From a virus, in IMG/VR virus record IMGVR_UViG_3300037424_001177, positions 64,001-128,000 of that record: a stretch of 64,000 nucleotides of DNA; one strand, written 5' to 3'. The position numbers were made by a program, and so were the translations under genes. The notes under the pieces are model-generated. The model was not told the DNA's origin, made no database searches, and saw nothing but the letters and a program-made list of their open reading frames with translations. Positions within the stretch are counted from its first letter, which is position 1, and every line of letters starts with the position of its first letter. Shown piece after piece: positions 18,899-29,589 of this stretch.

Positions 18899-19034
18899 GA
18901 CAGGTCCAATCCTCGCTGGCACTTCGCCTTCTCTGTTTAACCTGGTCCAGAAACAGATGGAAGTCACTCCGCTTAGGCTGGAAATCACTTTTGATCCGGT
19001 TCGTTAGTAGGCGTTCGGATTTGGGCGGCAGTGT

Positions 19035-22000
19035 GTGATCGACGTTACACTAGACGATTCCATTGCGGTTGAGGACCCGCACACGCTCAGCGAGGTCATA
19101 TCGACCGGTACGCTTTACTCGGCGACTATTGACGAGTTCGACGTTCCGATCGCAGATGTTGCGTCGAGTGACAGCGCTTACGACCGATCAGCTACAGACT
19201 CTGTAGACACGACCGACACTTCATTTTCTGACTTGTTTTTCGATCGTGCAATCACAGATTCGGATGGTGTCAGTGACGCCCTGCTTGTTGATTTATTTTT
19301 TCAAAGGACAATCACGACCGATACCTTTGAAACGACTGATTCGCCTGCTCTCACGATTTTCTATGAACGAACAGTAGCGGACACTGTCTCGCTGACGGAT
19401 CTTCTTAGCGCAGGGAACTCGTATGACCGTGAGCTTTCTGATTCGGACTCGATCGTTGTAGCGGCTCCACTTACGAGTCTAGATTTCCAAAGAACGCTTT
19501 CGCCGGATGTTTTGGGCGCTGTCGATGAGCGGCTTGCCGAAACCGACTACGTACGTATCGTCAGCGACGTCTTCAGTGTCGTTGACCAACTAGTTATCGA
19601 GGGGTTCTACGCAGTAAACGACAACGTCAGCTTTACTGACGAGATTGCTGCAAGCACGGATTACGTTCGTGACGCGAGCGACACTGCGTCACTCACGGAT
19701 CAGGTCACTTCAGAGCCTAATGTTTCTGGGGACGACGCAATTTCCGTCACCGACCAATTGGAAGTTGTCACTAACTACGTACGAGATGTTTCGGACGCCC
19801 CGAGCTTTACCGATCAGATCAACACCGAGGCTGATACCGCTCGGGAAGCATCCGACACGATCAGTGTTTCGGACACCTCTTTGTTGGTCGAAACGGTCTT
19901 CCCTGTCGATACGATTTCAGTTTCCGACGAACTCACGAGAACCGCTGAGTTTCAGCGGAGTTCTGAAGACGCGGACTCGACTACTGATTCGACTGACCTT
20001 ACGACCTCCTACGAACGAGCAGTAGCGGACATTGTTTCGCTGACGGAGCTGCTTAGCGCAGGCAACTTGTACGAGCGGGAGCTTTCTGTCGCGATCGTTG
20101 TTACCGACACAACCACCATAGAGACGACACTTGGCGGTCTTGCTAGCGACGCGATCACCGTCGATGACACACTCTCGATCGATGTTCCTTACGAGCGATT
20201 CGCTACCGACACAGATACCGTATTGGACTCAGTTTCCGCTTCGGTGGCTGTCTCGGTTTTACTGGCGGACACTGCGTCGGTCACTGATCAAGTCCTTGTC
20301 ACGACTGAGCGTGGCGTCGTCGTTTCAGATTCGTTGTCGCTGACAGAAACGGTTCTGCGCGATGTCGACTGGGTACGAGAATTCCTCGAAACGCTCATTG
20401 TTTTTGACGATCTGACTGTTCTCTTGAATCGCCTGGTCGACGTTTCCTTGTCGGACGCTTTAGCTAGTCCGACGGATACCGTCTCGGCGGAATCGATCGA
20501 TGTCGACATTGATGTTGACGACACGATTTTCGACATTCCAGACGAGGTCTCTCGGGACTCTGACAACGTACGTGTTCTCGATGACGCTGCTGTCACGATT
20601 GTCGATACCGTCTTAGCTGAGCGTGCTGAGGTCGATCGGATCCTGTCTGATTCCGATACGGTCACAGACAGTGTCGCACGAGACTCAGACAATGTGCGAG
20701 TCCTCGAAGACATCGTTACAATATTTGAATTTGTAACGATTGAACTCGAGACTCCTGTGCCTGTCGTTGTTTCGAGCGATGGGTTCGGGTTCACGTTGAC
20801 CGTGCCTGAGCTGATGTTCGCCGGCGTTCAAGATCTCACACACTATCGACTTCTCGTATTACCTGGCGGTGTGCCTGCACAGGTTCAGCTGGCGAACCCT
20901 ATCGCGACCGTGCTCCAAACGGGCAGTACAGGGTTGCTGGTAGACGTACAGGACCCCAACTTTCTTTCGGACACTTTGCGTCTCGATGGTGGGTTCATCG
21001 GTCACGATGTTGGTTCCTACATTGAAATTCTCAATGGTCGTGTGCCGGGGATCTATCGGATCGTTTCGGTAGGTCCTATCATTGTGTCGGGAGACACCGT
21101 CGGTATTTCCGACCAAGTGAACGTCAACGGAACAGACTTTCCTGTCACAACCGGTTCTGCTTCGACTGCTGGACTAACTACAACCGACGTTCAGATCGAC
21201 CGTCGGTTACCTTTGGTGGACCCCCAGAACGGATCGCTCAGCTGGCGTCATCTCTCGGCCGTCGAACAGATAGCTTTTGAGACGACGAACAAGCTGACTA
21301 ATCAAGCGAACTACTTGCTTGAGATCCGAGGTCTCCGCACACGATCAGACACGCTGTTTGATTTCGATCACGTGTTTTACACGTCAGGCATTCTTGGTCC
21401 TCAAGTCCAGTCTGCGACAGCCACAGACGAAGGCGTTGTGACGGTTGTGTTTGATCAGCCGATGCGGACCAATGGTGTGTTCACGACGCCTGTTGAGTAT
21501 TCGATTACAGGTCCTACGGACGTTGCAATCAAGCGTGCGTGGTCGATCAGTCCAGAAAGCGTTTCTCTAGAAACGCTGGGACTTGGCAGTGGGTCATACC
21601 AGTTGACGGTCAATATTTTGGGTACGCCTACGGACGTGGCAGGTAACCCGACCGATCCGACTTTCAATACCGCAATCTTCTCGTCTTCTGTCCCTTTGAC
21701 TGTACGCAGTGTTTTCACAGATCGTGGTCCCATTGCCCGCCCACCGCTGGTTCTACAGAGGGGTTCCGGGGCTTCGATCACCAGTGTGTCACAGGTAACG
21801 TTGCCTGGTGCGACGCTCACAGCACAGCATGTCGGCTTGTACTTGCGTCTCGGATCTTTGGGACTTCCTCCAACGACGAGTTCGTCCGTGGTCGGGTTGG
21901 TTGTTCAGATCAACGATTCACTGTCCGCCGCGGACAGTGTGAAGCTGGAACTGATTACGGGTTCGGCTACCCGAACTGTCTACTCGACGGTTTCCGGCAC

Positions 22001-25000
22001 TTTCAAAATCTTGTCCGTACCGTCTTCGACGCAAGCACGCTTGCAAGCAAGCTTTACTGTTCCGGAGCCGTCCAGCGGAACCTTGTTTTGGGAACTCTTT
22101 GATCCGCGCAACGGCGAGATTGCAGATGATCCTTCCGATGTTGAAGTCATCGTCAACGGCAATCTTGTCGTTCCGGATGCTGTGATCGGATTGTTGGGTC
22201 AGGTGGTCTTGTCTACGACTCCTGACCCTGACGACTCCGTGTCTGTGAACTACAGCTGGTGTTGCAACCCGACCGTAGAAATTCGGCGTTTGAACTCGAA
22301 GGAGTTTCGCCTCAACAACGTCTCGCCACGATCAGCTCACGTTTATCAGTACCGAAATGTTTTGATTCGTCCGAGTGACTACACACCCCTCGACATCTCG
22401 GCACCTCTTGATCCTCCTCAGCTTCGGGAATTACACTATCGAGCCTACGAAAGAGCCTACACTCCGGTCCTGAACGATCCGACGCTTCTACTGCTCAACA
22501 GCCCGACGCATCGAATCGCATACCCCCCGGAAACACGAATTGTCAGCGAGTTGTTCGTAAGCTACGAAGCTACAACATTACCTGAGCTTGACACTGTCCC
22601 TTGGGTGCGCCGTGGAACAGGCATCGCGAGCACGTCTGCTGGCGTCTTAACGGTGACCGATGCGTCGACAGGAGCTTTCCCTTTTGGGCAGCCGATTTTC
22701 TGGACTCGAACAGTCGATACGTCCTTCCCTCACATCCTAGCTCTTTCCTGGCGCTTTCAGATCACTTCTGCGACGCTCGACGGCGTCTTTACAGGAGTGG
22801 CCGCTGGCTTCACTGAAGATGTCTCGGCTTTCGTAATCGGGTTTTTGGATGTTGCCGGCGTCAAGAAAATTGGACTTTTGAAACGTGGATCTGCTGACAA
22901 TCCTGCCTTAGTGTCTGCGTGGACAGGAGGAGTCGACACACTCGGCAACCCAACCAATCTGCCTGCCAATTTTGATTGGAGTGTGTTGCACAGTTACAGA
23001 TTCTACCGTGACCTCTCCGGGACAGTTCGGCTCTATGTCGATGGTGAAGTTGTTGAGACCCTGCGTATTCTTGCTGTTGAAGCCCCGTTTCTGGAAGAGC
23101 TGGCTGCACCATTCGACGAAGTCCAGGATGTTTTCTTTGGTTCAATTTCTCGTCCTGCTGCGAGCGTGTCTGCGTGGGATTTCGTTCGGTATTTAGTCCT
23201 GCCGACCAATGCATTGCAGACTGCTCCGTCCAGTTTTGTGAGTTATGAGGCGAATGTCGAGCCTGAGGTCGATGTCAAACCGTGGATCCCAGTTGGTTTC
23301 CATGGAACGGAAACGATTCTAGCGACTAACACTCTGCTGCTTGATTCGACAAGCGCTACTGACGCTTCTACCGCTACGCAAGTTGGTTTGATAGGTGGTG
23401 ACTTCCGAGGCTTCGTGCGCCTGGAACCGTTGCTTACTTCAGCTTCGCAGTTCGTTCTTGACGTCGAAGTACAAGGCCGAACACAAACACACGGTGTCGA
23501 TCCGTACGGTTTGATGTTCGCTGTAGACGACAGTCAGCGGCTGACACAAGTCTGTTTTCTCGCTGACGTTTCGGCTCCAAAGTTTAGCTATGGAGGACGT
23601 TCTCTGCCTGAGGACTTCTCGCCTTACGTTTGGACTAGGACCGGCGGCAGTGCTGTTGCAATGGTGGGGCGTATTCTTCGTCTGACGGACGCTTCGGTCG
23701 CAGACGGGGTTCTCTACTTCATTGAAGACCTGGAACCCGTTCTCTCAGACCAGCGGGTGATTGCCTCAGGGATCGACTACATTTTCGAGTTTCGAGTTGA
23801 AGTGGTTTCTTACGTCATCGACGGCTCTGGTTTTGCAGGGGTCTTCACTCAAGCGTACGATGGGACCAGAGCGGTTGGTGTGCAATTCGAGGTTTTGGCA
23901 GGGATACGTTATGTGACGTTTTGTTCGGACGGCGTTCCCTTTGTTCCTGGACGTTTTGCATTCGATTGGTTCGATGGGGACCCTCACACATATCGTTTGT
24001 CGAAGAGTACGACAGGCGATTTGGTTTCACTGTTTATTGATGGGATATTTGTAGGATCACTTGCCTACAGCTCGTTTGCTGTTCCGGTCCCGGCTGACGC
24101 CATGGTTTCGTTCGGATCGGCAACACCTGCAAGTGTTGGATCGATTTCGGCGGTAGATTGGCACTACTGTAACGCTTGGCGTGTTCAGCTTGGTTTGCAA
24201 CGCTTCGTCGGCATCTGGAAGGGCTACGATCCTAACGCTTTAACGGGCTACCACACTTCGACCAAGATCACAGGGCGAAACGCCACTATCAATGGCAACG
24301 CTTTGGGAGATCCGATAGCTGACTTTTTCGGCGCAGGGGTAGTATCCGGTGATTTGTTGGTTGTTGATTCCGGCGCCAACAAGGGCGTGTACGAAGTTGC
24401 TGGTGTGAGTAGCTCAACGACTCTTACTATTACGTCGACGTGGCCACTTGCTCCATCGTTGGCTGACTACCGCATACTGCGTGAAACTGACTGGTCGGTT
24501 TCTCACAAGTATCGGTTGTCCAAGGACAGCACGGGTGAAGTCGATCTGTTTCTCGATACGGATACGGATCCACTGATCAGGATCAGCTACAGCTCTACTG
24601 ACTTGCCAGGTAGCAGTTCGGGGATCGTGTTGACGTTGTCAGCCACGTTACCCGCGATCGTGTTTGGTTCGTTCAGTCCAGAAAACCTGTGTCAATCGAG
24701 TTGGGACTACGTTCGATACGGAATCACTCGGAGCCCGACCGAGCTACGTATTGCTCCACATCATCAAGTCATCAACCAGTGGAACGTGATGGAGAGTCCT
24801 GAGCGCCTCTACACAGTTTTGCCTCATGAGCTGACAAGCTTCAAGTCTAGCTCGACCGGCATTGTTCCTAGGAAGGATCCTGACTTCTTAGCAGACCCTG
24901 GCTTGCCTGCTTGGACGCAACTTAATGAAGGTACGCCGTTGGTGCCGAGCACACAGACTTTTGAGACGCGTGCTCCTTACGTAGTCACAGAGTTCGTCTC

Positions 25001-25673
25001 GGTCCTGAACAACCCAGAAGATGTGCTCAACAATGACGGCGATTTCGTTCTGAATGACGGTTCGACTCGCATTCGGCTTGAGGTGCCGGATGACATTTTG
25101 TATTCGTGTTTGGACGTCATCGAACAGTCGACTGGGGCCCTGGCGCTGATCGCGCCGGCTGATGATTCGTGTGGACCTGAGTTTGGGGGATTCCAGTACG
25201 TTAGGGAGGTCTGTTTGACCTACGACGGCACAGTTCTGCCTGAGAATGACACGACGGCTCCGACGCCTTGGGAGCTTGTGAGCGACGTTCCTGTGGACGT
25301 TTCCGCCAGTGTCGTTGGGGGCGCCTTGTCCTACGGCACAGTTGGTGGAGCAACAGTGTATCGCAATCCTACGCCTTTGTTCGACGCTCCTGGCCTCATC
25401 ACGGAGGCCGTTTTCAGGCTGCGAGTTGTTGCGGATTCGACACTTGGTGTCGGAGATACACAGATTCGGTTCGGAATTTCTGCTCCAGGGTTCACTGTCG
25501 CGATTGCTTTGTTGACTTCTGAGATAGCGGAACGTTTTGCTGTTGTCACGGATCAACAAGACGGAAAATACTTTGGGACTATCAGCCTCGACTATTTGGA
25601 CGGACAGTACCGTACTTATCGGATTGTGCGAGATCCTGGCGCTGGTGTAGTGCGAGTGTCCGTGGATCTGTGA
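19035..25673 (+). CDS. Giant virion (tail/baseplate) protein, 2212 aa
   Basis: N-terminal ~580 aa of D-x5-D Ser/Thr repeats, Ig-like domains, then repeated lectin-like modules (DWSxxHxYRL...V.L.VD...FGS...WD.VRY). Confidence 0.8.
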   Translation: MIDVTLDDSIAVEDPHTLSEVISTGTLYSATIDEFDVPIADVASSDSAYDRSATDSVDTTDTSFSDLFFDRAITDSDGVSDALLVDLFFQRTITTDTFETTDSPALTIFYERTVADTVSLTDLLSAGNSYDRELSDSDSIVVAAPLTSLDFQRTLSPDVLGAVDERLAETDYVRIVSDVFSVVDQLVIEGFYAVNDNVSFTDEIAASTDYVRDASDTASLTDQVTSEPNVSGDDAISVTDQLEVVTNYVRDVSDAPSFTDQINTEADTAREASDTISVSDTSLLVETVFPVDTISVSDELTRTAEFQRSSEDADSTTDSTDLTTSYERAVADIVSLTELLSAGNLYERELSVAIVVTDTTTIETTLGGLASDAITVDDTLSIDVPYERFATDTDTVLDSVSASVAVSVLLADTASVTDQVLVTTERGVVVSDSLSLTETVLRDVDWVREFLETLIVFDDLTVLLNRLVDVSLSDALASPTDTVSAESIDVDIDVDDTIFDIPDEVSRDSDNVRVLDDAAVTIVDTVLAERAEVDRILSDSDTVTDSVARDSDNVRVLEDIVTIFEFVTIELETPVPVVVSSDGFGFTLTVPELMFAGVQDLTHYRLLVLPGGVPAQVQLANPIATVLQTGSTGLLVDVQDPNFLSDTLRLDGGFIGHDVGSYIEILNGRVPGIYRIVSVGPIIVSGDTVGISDQVNVNGTDFPVTTGSASTAGLTTTDVQIDRRLPLVDPQNGSLSWRHLSAVEQIAFETTNKLTNQANYLLEIRGLRTRSDTLFDFDHVFYTSGILGPQVQSATATDEGVVTVVFDQPMRTNGVFTTPVEYSITGPTDVAIKRAWSISPESVSLETLGLGSGSYQLTVNILGTPTDVAGNPTDPTFNTAIFSSSVPLTVRSVFTDRGPIARPPLVLQRGSGASITSVSQVTLPGATLTAQHVGLYLRLGSLGLPPTTSSSVVGLVVQINDSLSAADSVKLELITGSATRTVYSTVSGTFKILSVPSSTQARLQASFTVPEPSSGTLFWELFDPRNGEIADDPSDVEVIVNGNLVVPDAVIGLLGQVVLSTTPDPDDSVSVNYSWCCNPTVEIRRLNSKEFRLNNVSPRSAHVYQYRNVLIRPSDYTPLDISAPLDPPQLRELHYRAYERAYTPVLNDPTLLLLNSPTHRIAYPPETRIVSELFVSYEATTLPELDTVPWVRRGTGIASTSAGVLTVTDASTGAFPFGQPIFWTRTVDTSFPHILALSWRFQITSATLDGVFTGVAAGFTEDVSAFVIGFLDVAGVKKIGLLKRGSADNPALVSAWTGGVDTLGNPTNLPANFDWSVLHSYRFYRDLSGTVRLYVDGEVVETLRILAVEAPFLEELAAPFDEVQDVFFGSISRPAASVSAWDFVRYLVLPTNALQTAPSSFVSYEANVEPEVDVKPWIPVGFHGTETILATNTLLLDSTSATDASTATQVGLIGGDFRGFVRLEPLLTSASQFVLDVEVQGRTQTHGVDPYGLMFAVDDSQRLTQVCFLADVSAPKFSYGGRSLPEDFSPYVWTRTGGSAVAMVGRILRLTDASVADGVLYFIEDLEPVLSDQRVIASGIDYIFEFRVEVVSYVIDGSGFAGVFTQAYDGTRAVGVQFEVLAGIRYVTFCSDGVPFVPGRFAFDWFDGDPHTYRLSKSTTGDLVSLFIDGIFVGSLAYSSFAVPVPADAMVSFGSATPASVGSISAVDWHYCNAWRVQLGLQRFVGIWKGYDPNALTGYHTSTKITGRNATINGNALGDPIADFFGAGVVSGDLLVVDSGANKGVYEVAGVSSSTTLTITSTWPLAPSLADYRILRETDWSVSHKYRLSKDSTGEVDLFLDTDTDPLIRISYSSTDLPGSSSGIVLTLSATLPAIVFGSFSPENLCQSSWDYVRYGITRSPTELRIAPHHQVINQWNVMESPERLYTVLPHELTSFKSSSTGIVPRKDPDFLADPGLPAWTQLNEGTPLVPSTQTFETRAPYVVTEFVSVLNNPEDVLNNDGDFVLNDGSTRIRLEVPDDILYSCLDVIEQSTGALALIAPADDSCGPEFGGFQYVREVCLTYDGTVLPENDTTAPTPWELVSDVPVDVSASVVGGALSYGTVGGATVYRNPTPLFDAPGLITEAVFRLRVVADSTLGVGDTQIRFGISAPGFTVAIALLTSEIAERFAVVTDQQDGKYFGTISLDYLDGQYRTYRIVRDPGAGVVRVSVDL

Positions 25674-25697
25674 TTGAAAGGGAGTGGTTAGTAGGGC

Positions 25698-26588
25698 ATG
25701 GCCGCAATCGCACTTTCAAAATTCACGCAGGGTCTCAATGTCGGGGGTGACGGCGAAGCTCTTAAGGGTACGACAGGGTCTTCGGCATCCATCACGAATA
25801 GCGACAACACGGATGTTGCAAGTTGGCAGATCGATTTGTTGTACGTCGATCCGGCAAGCTCGCTTGTTCCTGCGACTCCGTTCACGTTCCACAACAACAA
25901 CAACACACCCATTGCGAACTTCACACCCGACGTTCGCGGCTGTTATCGCTTTGCACTAAAGGTCTGGAACGTCATCAACCGGGTTGGGCTCCCGACCGAC
26001 GTTGACCAGCGAATCTTTGCTGTTCCTGAGGCCAATGGAATTGTAGTCCCTCCACCACAACTTTGGCCGGTGCCATTACCCGATCCGGCAAGTGGTACGA
26101 TGGGTGCTAAGCCCAACGAATTCAATTTCGGAGGCCAGCTTGATGGGTGGGCCGGAGATACCGCGGACGGGCTCCTGAACCACTTGCTGAGACGCTTTAA
26201 GGATGCCGGGACTAGGAAGGTAGTCGGGTCTTCGGGCCCGTGGACAACCAATCAGACAGGCCCTTACAGCATTGGTATGATTGTTGTCGATCCGACGGAG
26301 TTTCCTGGGGCGTCGTTCTACTTGGAAGCCGTGATCGAAACCACCGACGCTGCTGCTCTCTCGACTGTCGAGCTTTGGAATTTGGATGACGCTGAGACAG
26401 TGACTGGCTCGACGATTACAACAGCTGTGACTTCTCCGACGCGCGTTGTCTCTAGTGCACTGACCGTCGGCGGTGCAGCCGGAAACTTGCGAAACGCGCT
26501 CAGGACCTATGAAGTTAGGTTGTATCGAAACGGAGGAACTGCGTCTGACTTCGTAGGGTCGAAACTCGTCCAGCTTTCGATTGTGTGA
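25698..26588 (+). CDS. Putative virion structural protein
   Basis: 296 aa; Ig/PKD-like FTPDVRGCYRF segment. Confidence 0.65.
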   Translation: MAAIALSKFTQGLNVGGDGEALKGTTGSSASITNSDNTDVASWQIDLLYVDPASSLVPATPFTFHNNNNTPIANFTPDVRGCYRFALKVWNVINRVGLPTDVDQRIFAVPEANGIVVPPPQLWPVPLPDPASGTMGAKPNEFNFGGQLDGWAGDTADGLLNHLLRRFKDAGTRKVVGSSGPWTTNQTGPYSIGMIVVDPTEFPGASFYLEAVIETTDAAALSTVELWNLDDAETVTGSTITTAVTSPTRVVSSALTVGGAAGNLRNALRTYEVRLYRNGGTASDFVGSKLVQLSIV

Positions 26589-26594
26589 GCCCTG

Positions 26595-27686
26595 ATGGCC
26601 TACCCTACTATACAACGGACGTGGCAGTACCAGGTCAATGTCGTTGTGGCCGCAGGTGGAACACAACTCATCACAGCTCAAACCATTTGGCGGACTCTCA
26701 AAGACATTTTGAAGGGATCCGGGACTTGGACCAACCGTAATGGGGAGACTGTGGCGTCTCTGGCGAACTGGACCGTTAGCGGTTCGTCCAATGCAGGTAC
26801 GGCAGGAATGGATGGCGTCGATCGTTGGACGAACAATGCTGCCTTAGTCTGGGCAGATTCTGGGGAAGCCAGATCATGGATCGTGTTGCGACAGCCTGGG
26901 ATCCACGCACAATCTGAAATATTGTTTGCTCTCGAAGGATTCGTATCAGCAGTTCCGGAAGCCGCTACTACAGCAGCTTCACCTTCTGTGGGTTACACGG
27001 GAGGTAGCACTACAAGCCGGCCAACAGCTACTGATGCTATTGGTATGACTTCTGGGTTGAACTCTGCGTCACCGGGGCTAGTACCAAACACAAATGTCGG
27101 GGTGGTCCTACATGTGATGAAGTCATCGGATGGAGCTGCAACACGAGTTATTACGTGTCGCAGCGGCTTCTCGACAACTTTTTGGGGTTGGGAGCGACCA
27201 ATACACTCAGTCGATGGTTGGACTGTCCCTTACGTTGGTTGGACACTGGGGAACTCCGGATCTCCGTCGAGTTCCCTCTTGACCTATGTAGAAATGGCAA
27301 AACAAACTTCAGGAACTGGTGGTTCCTGCTCTAGAATTAACGGTCTTGCCCCAGACAGTGCATTAGGTGCGGGTTCTAGGGCGGCCCTTCCTTTTTCAAC
27401 AGAGTGTATAGGTTCGGCTACATCAACTTCGATAGATCCTATTGGTGATCGTATGGGCCTCAACGATTTGAGTAGTAAGTACCCTATCACACCAGTTGGT
27501 CTTGATCGTAGTAACACAAGTTACGCATCTGTTCGAGGTCGTCATGCCTGGATGTCTGATCTTTGGTTTGGCAGCGATGCTGTAGTAGATGGTTCAACGT
27601 ATCCTCTCGACAGTTCAAAGCAGTTCGCCCAATTCGGAGTTGTGATTGTTCCTTGGAACGGCACAGTTCCTGTCATGACAGCGTGA
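26595..27686 (+). CDS. Putative tail fibre/virion protein (paralog A)
   Basis: N-terminal ~110 aa clearly homologous to 27693..28724 (WQ.QVN, ANWTVSGSS, GMD.VDRWT, RSWIVLRQ.GI). Confidence 0.7.
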   Translation: MAYPTIQRTWQYQVNVVVAAGGTQLITAQTIWRTLKDILKGSGTWTNRNGETVASLANWTVSGSSNAGTAGMDGVDRWTNNAALVWADSGEARSWIVLRQPGIHAQSEILFALEGFVSAVPEAATTAASPSVGYTGGSTTSRPTATDAIGMTSGLNSASPGLVPNTNVGVVLHVMKSSDGAATRVITCRSGFSTTFWGWERPIHSVDGWTVPYVGWTLGNSGSPSSSLLTYVEMAKQTSGTGGSCSRINGLAPDSALGAGSRAALPFSTECIGSATSTSIDPIGDRMGLNDLSSKYPITPVGLDRSNTSYASVRGRHAWMSDLWFGSDAVVDGSTYPLDSSKQFAQFGVVIVPWNGTVPVMTA

Positions 27687-27692
27687 TCGTTT

Positions 27693-28724
27693 ATGCCTTT
27701 ACCGATCCCTGTTCGACGTTGGCAGTTTCAAGTCAACCAAACTGTTTCCGCTTTGGGTAGCAGTTTGTCGACTAATCGACGCTTGCTAAGGAGCATCAAA
27801 AACTCACTCTTGGGGACAGGTAGTTGGACCAATAGTGCAGGCGGTTTGGTTACCAGTCAGGCCAATTGGACCGTTAGCGGTTCGTCTGACAGCGTCACGT
27901 CAGGCATGGACTCTGTTGACCGTTGGACGGTGGACAGCGATCTTGATTGGTCTTCCGCTAGCGTTCGCTCGTGGATTGTTCTTCGTCAGGCCGGGATCTC
28001 TTCAAAATTTGAGTTGCTCATCCATCTCAACAACAGTAATGACGACTTCGCTTTGCTGGCTGTTTCACCTGTCGCGGGATTCGGTTCGGTCAATGGAGGT
28101 ACTGACGGATCAACGTCCGCTGCGCCGACGGCCACAGACCAGATGACCTTGGTTAGTTCGACGGTTAACACATGGGGCGGTGGCGGTAACAACACAGCAC
28201 GATATCATGTTATGAAGTCCGTTGACGGCTCATCGAACCGCGTAGTCATCACACGAAACACTAATTTGGTTGGGTTTTGGATTTTTGATGTTCCTCGAGA
28301 TCCTGTCACGGGTTGGACGAGTCCGTCGGTTTCGATGTTGAGAGCTAATAGCTCAACAGGGCCCGCAGTGTCTGCAATCAGCTACGACAATTTGACAGAC
28401 GTCGCGGACGCGCGAGGTCATAGTACTGCGACTATGAACTTGAATTTGACAGGTGAAGCCGACATGGAAAATCGGCCATTCATTGGTGAAGACCTGAATG
28501 TCCCTAGTGATGTTACGAATCTATACTCGTTACTACCAATTGGTATTTACTGTGACACCGCGGGTAGGCAAGGGCGTCACGGGTTCCTGGCAGATCTTTG
28601 GTGGGTTGCGGGCAACTTGGACGGCTCGAATGGTCCCAACACATTTCCAGCAAGCGGGACCTTGAAGCGTTTCATGCAGCTTGGCCCGTTGTGTTGGCCG
28701 TGGAATCGATCAACGCCAGTCTAA
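27693..28724 (+). CDS. Putative tail fibre/virion protein (paralog B)
   Basis: Tandem paralog of 26595..27686; shared HVMKS.DG, GRH..DLW and PWN. Confidence 0.7.
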   Translation: MPLPIPVRRWQFQVNQTVSALGSSLSTNRRLLRSIKNSLLGTGSWTNSAGGLVTSQANWTVSGSSDSVTSGMDSVDRWTVDSDLDWSSASVRSWIVLRQAGISSKFELLIHLNNSNDDFALLAVSPVAGFGSVNGGTDGSTSAAPTATDQMTLVSSTVNTWGGGGNNTARYHVMKSVDGSSNRVVITRNTNLVGFWIFDVPRDPVTGWTSPSVSMLRANSSTGPAVSAISYDNLTDVADARGHSTATMNLNLTGEADMENRPFIGEDLNVPSDVTNLYSLLPIGIYCDTAGRQGRHGFLADLWWVAGNLDGSNGPNTFPASGTLKRFMQLGPLCWPWNRSTPV

Positions 28725-29542
28725 GCTGCAAGTTGGAACGTGGTCCCTTTGGTCGGAACCCAGAGATCACTTGTTTCTTTGGATGCCAAGACGTGTGGTT
28801 TGACAACACAGAAGCCGTTGAACCCAAAGTTTGTCCGGCCCCATGAGTTCTTGATGATGAATCCTACTGCCGCAAGGTAGCCGACAACAAGCATGGCGTG
28901 TCCTCCAAGGATCTGGCCCTTTGGCCCCTCCCACGGGGTCTCATCGCGGATTTGTTGGAAGGTTGTATCGACGACGGTCCCGAAAGTGACCGGGTGGTTT
29001 GCTCGTAAGGCGGCAACGATCCGTTCAAGCCTACTATCTCCTGTCTCGTTGATTCTGTAGTAGCCGTGAATGCGATGTGCAGTAGCCGCACGCATTGCCA
29101 TGAGGTCGGGCAGTGTGTGAACCTTGTTGATGTCGTAAGGCCACCCGCCCTTGCCGGCAGGCAAGTCTTCTCTGCAAATTCCGAACTTTGACAGAACTTC
29201 GAAGCAGAGCCGGAGAAAGGCGCCGTCATCTTTGTCGATGTCCCCTTTTCCGTCACCGTCCTGGTCCATGAAGTTTCTGGCTAACGTGTAGACGAAAAGC
29301 CTCGAAAGCTGGACTCCCGGTTTGCCTTCGATGGCGTTCAAGACCTCGACGGAGTCTGCCGACGCATTTCCTGTGCACGACCCAATCGAATACTGGTGAC
29401 TCTCGGTACAGAAAGCCATGAGATCGACATCGCCTTGCGAAACTTGTGGAAGTTTCGGGAGAAGATCTGTCGTGAAGTCGAAGTCTGGCTTTTGATCCGC
29501 CTTCTTTGGAGGGTCTGCTCTGTACCCAAATTTCGTCAGCAT
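28721..29542 (-). CDS. Papain-like cysteine peptidase (C1 family)
   Basis: QYSIGSCTG (Gln/Cys), LSRLFVY, GGHAMLVVGY (His), IKNSWG (Asn). Confidence 0.92.
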   Translation of the reverse strand: MLTKFGYRADPPKKADQKPDFDFTTDLLPKLPQVSQGDVDLMAFCTESHQYSIGSCTGNASADSVEVLNAIEGKPGVQLSRLFVYTLARNFMDQDGDGKGDIDKDDGAFLRLCFEVLSKFGICREDLPAGKGGWPYDINKVHTLPDLMAMRAATAHRIHGYYRINETGDSRLERIVAALRANHPVTFGTVVDTTFQQIRDETPWEGPKGQILGGHAMLVVGYLAAVGFIIKNSWGRTNFGFNGFCVVKPHVLASKETSDLWVPTKGTTFQLAA

Positions 29543-29589
29543 TTTTATACACTCCTCTAGGTGTAGCGAATCGAAAAGAGGAAACCATC

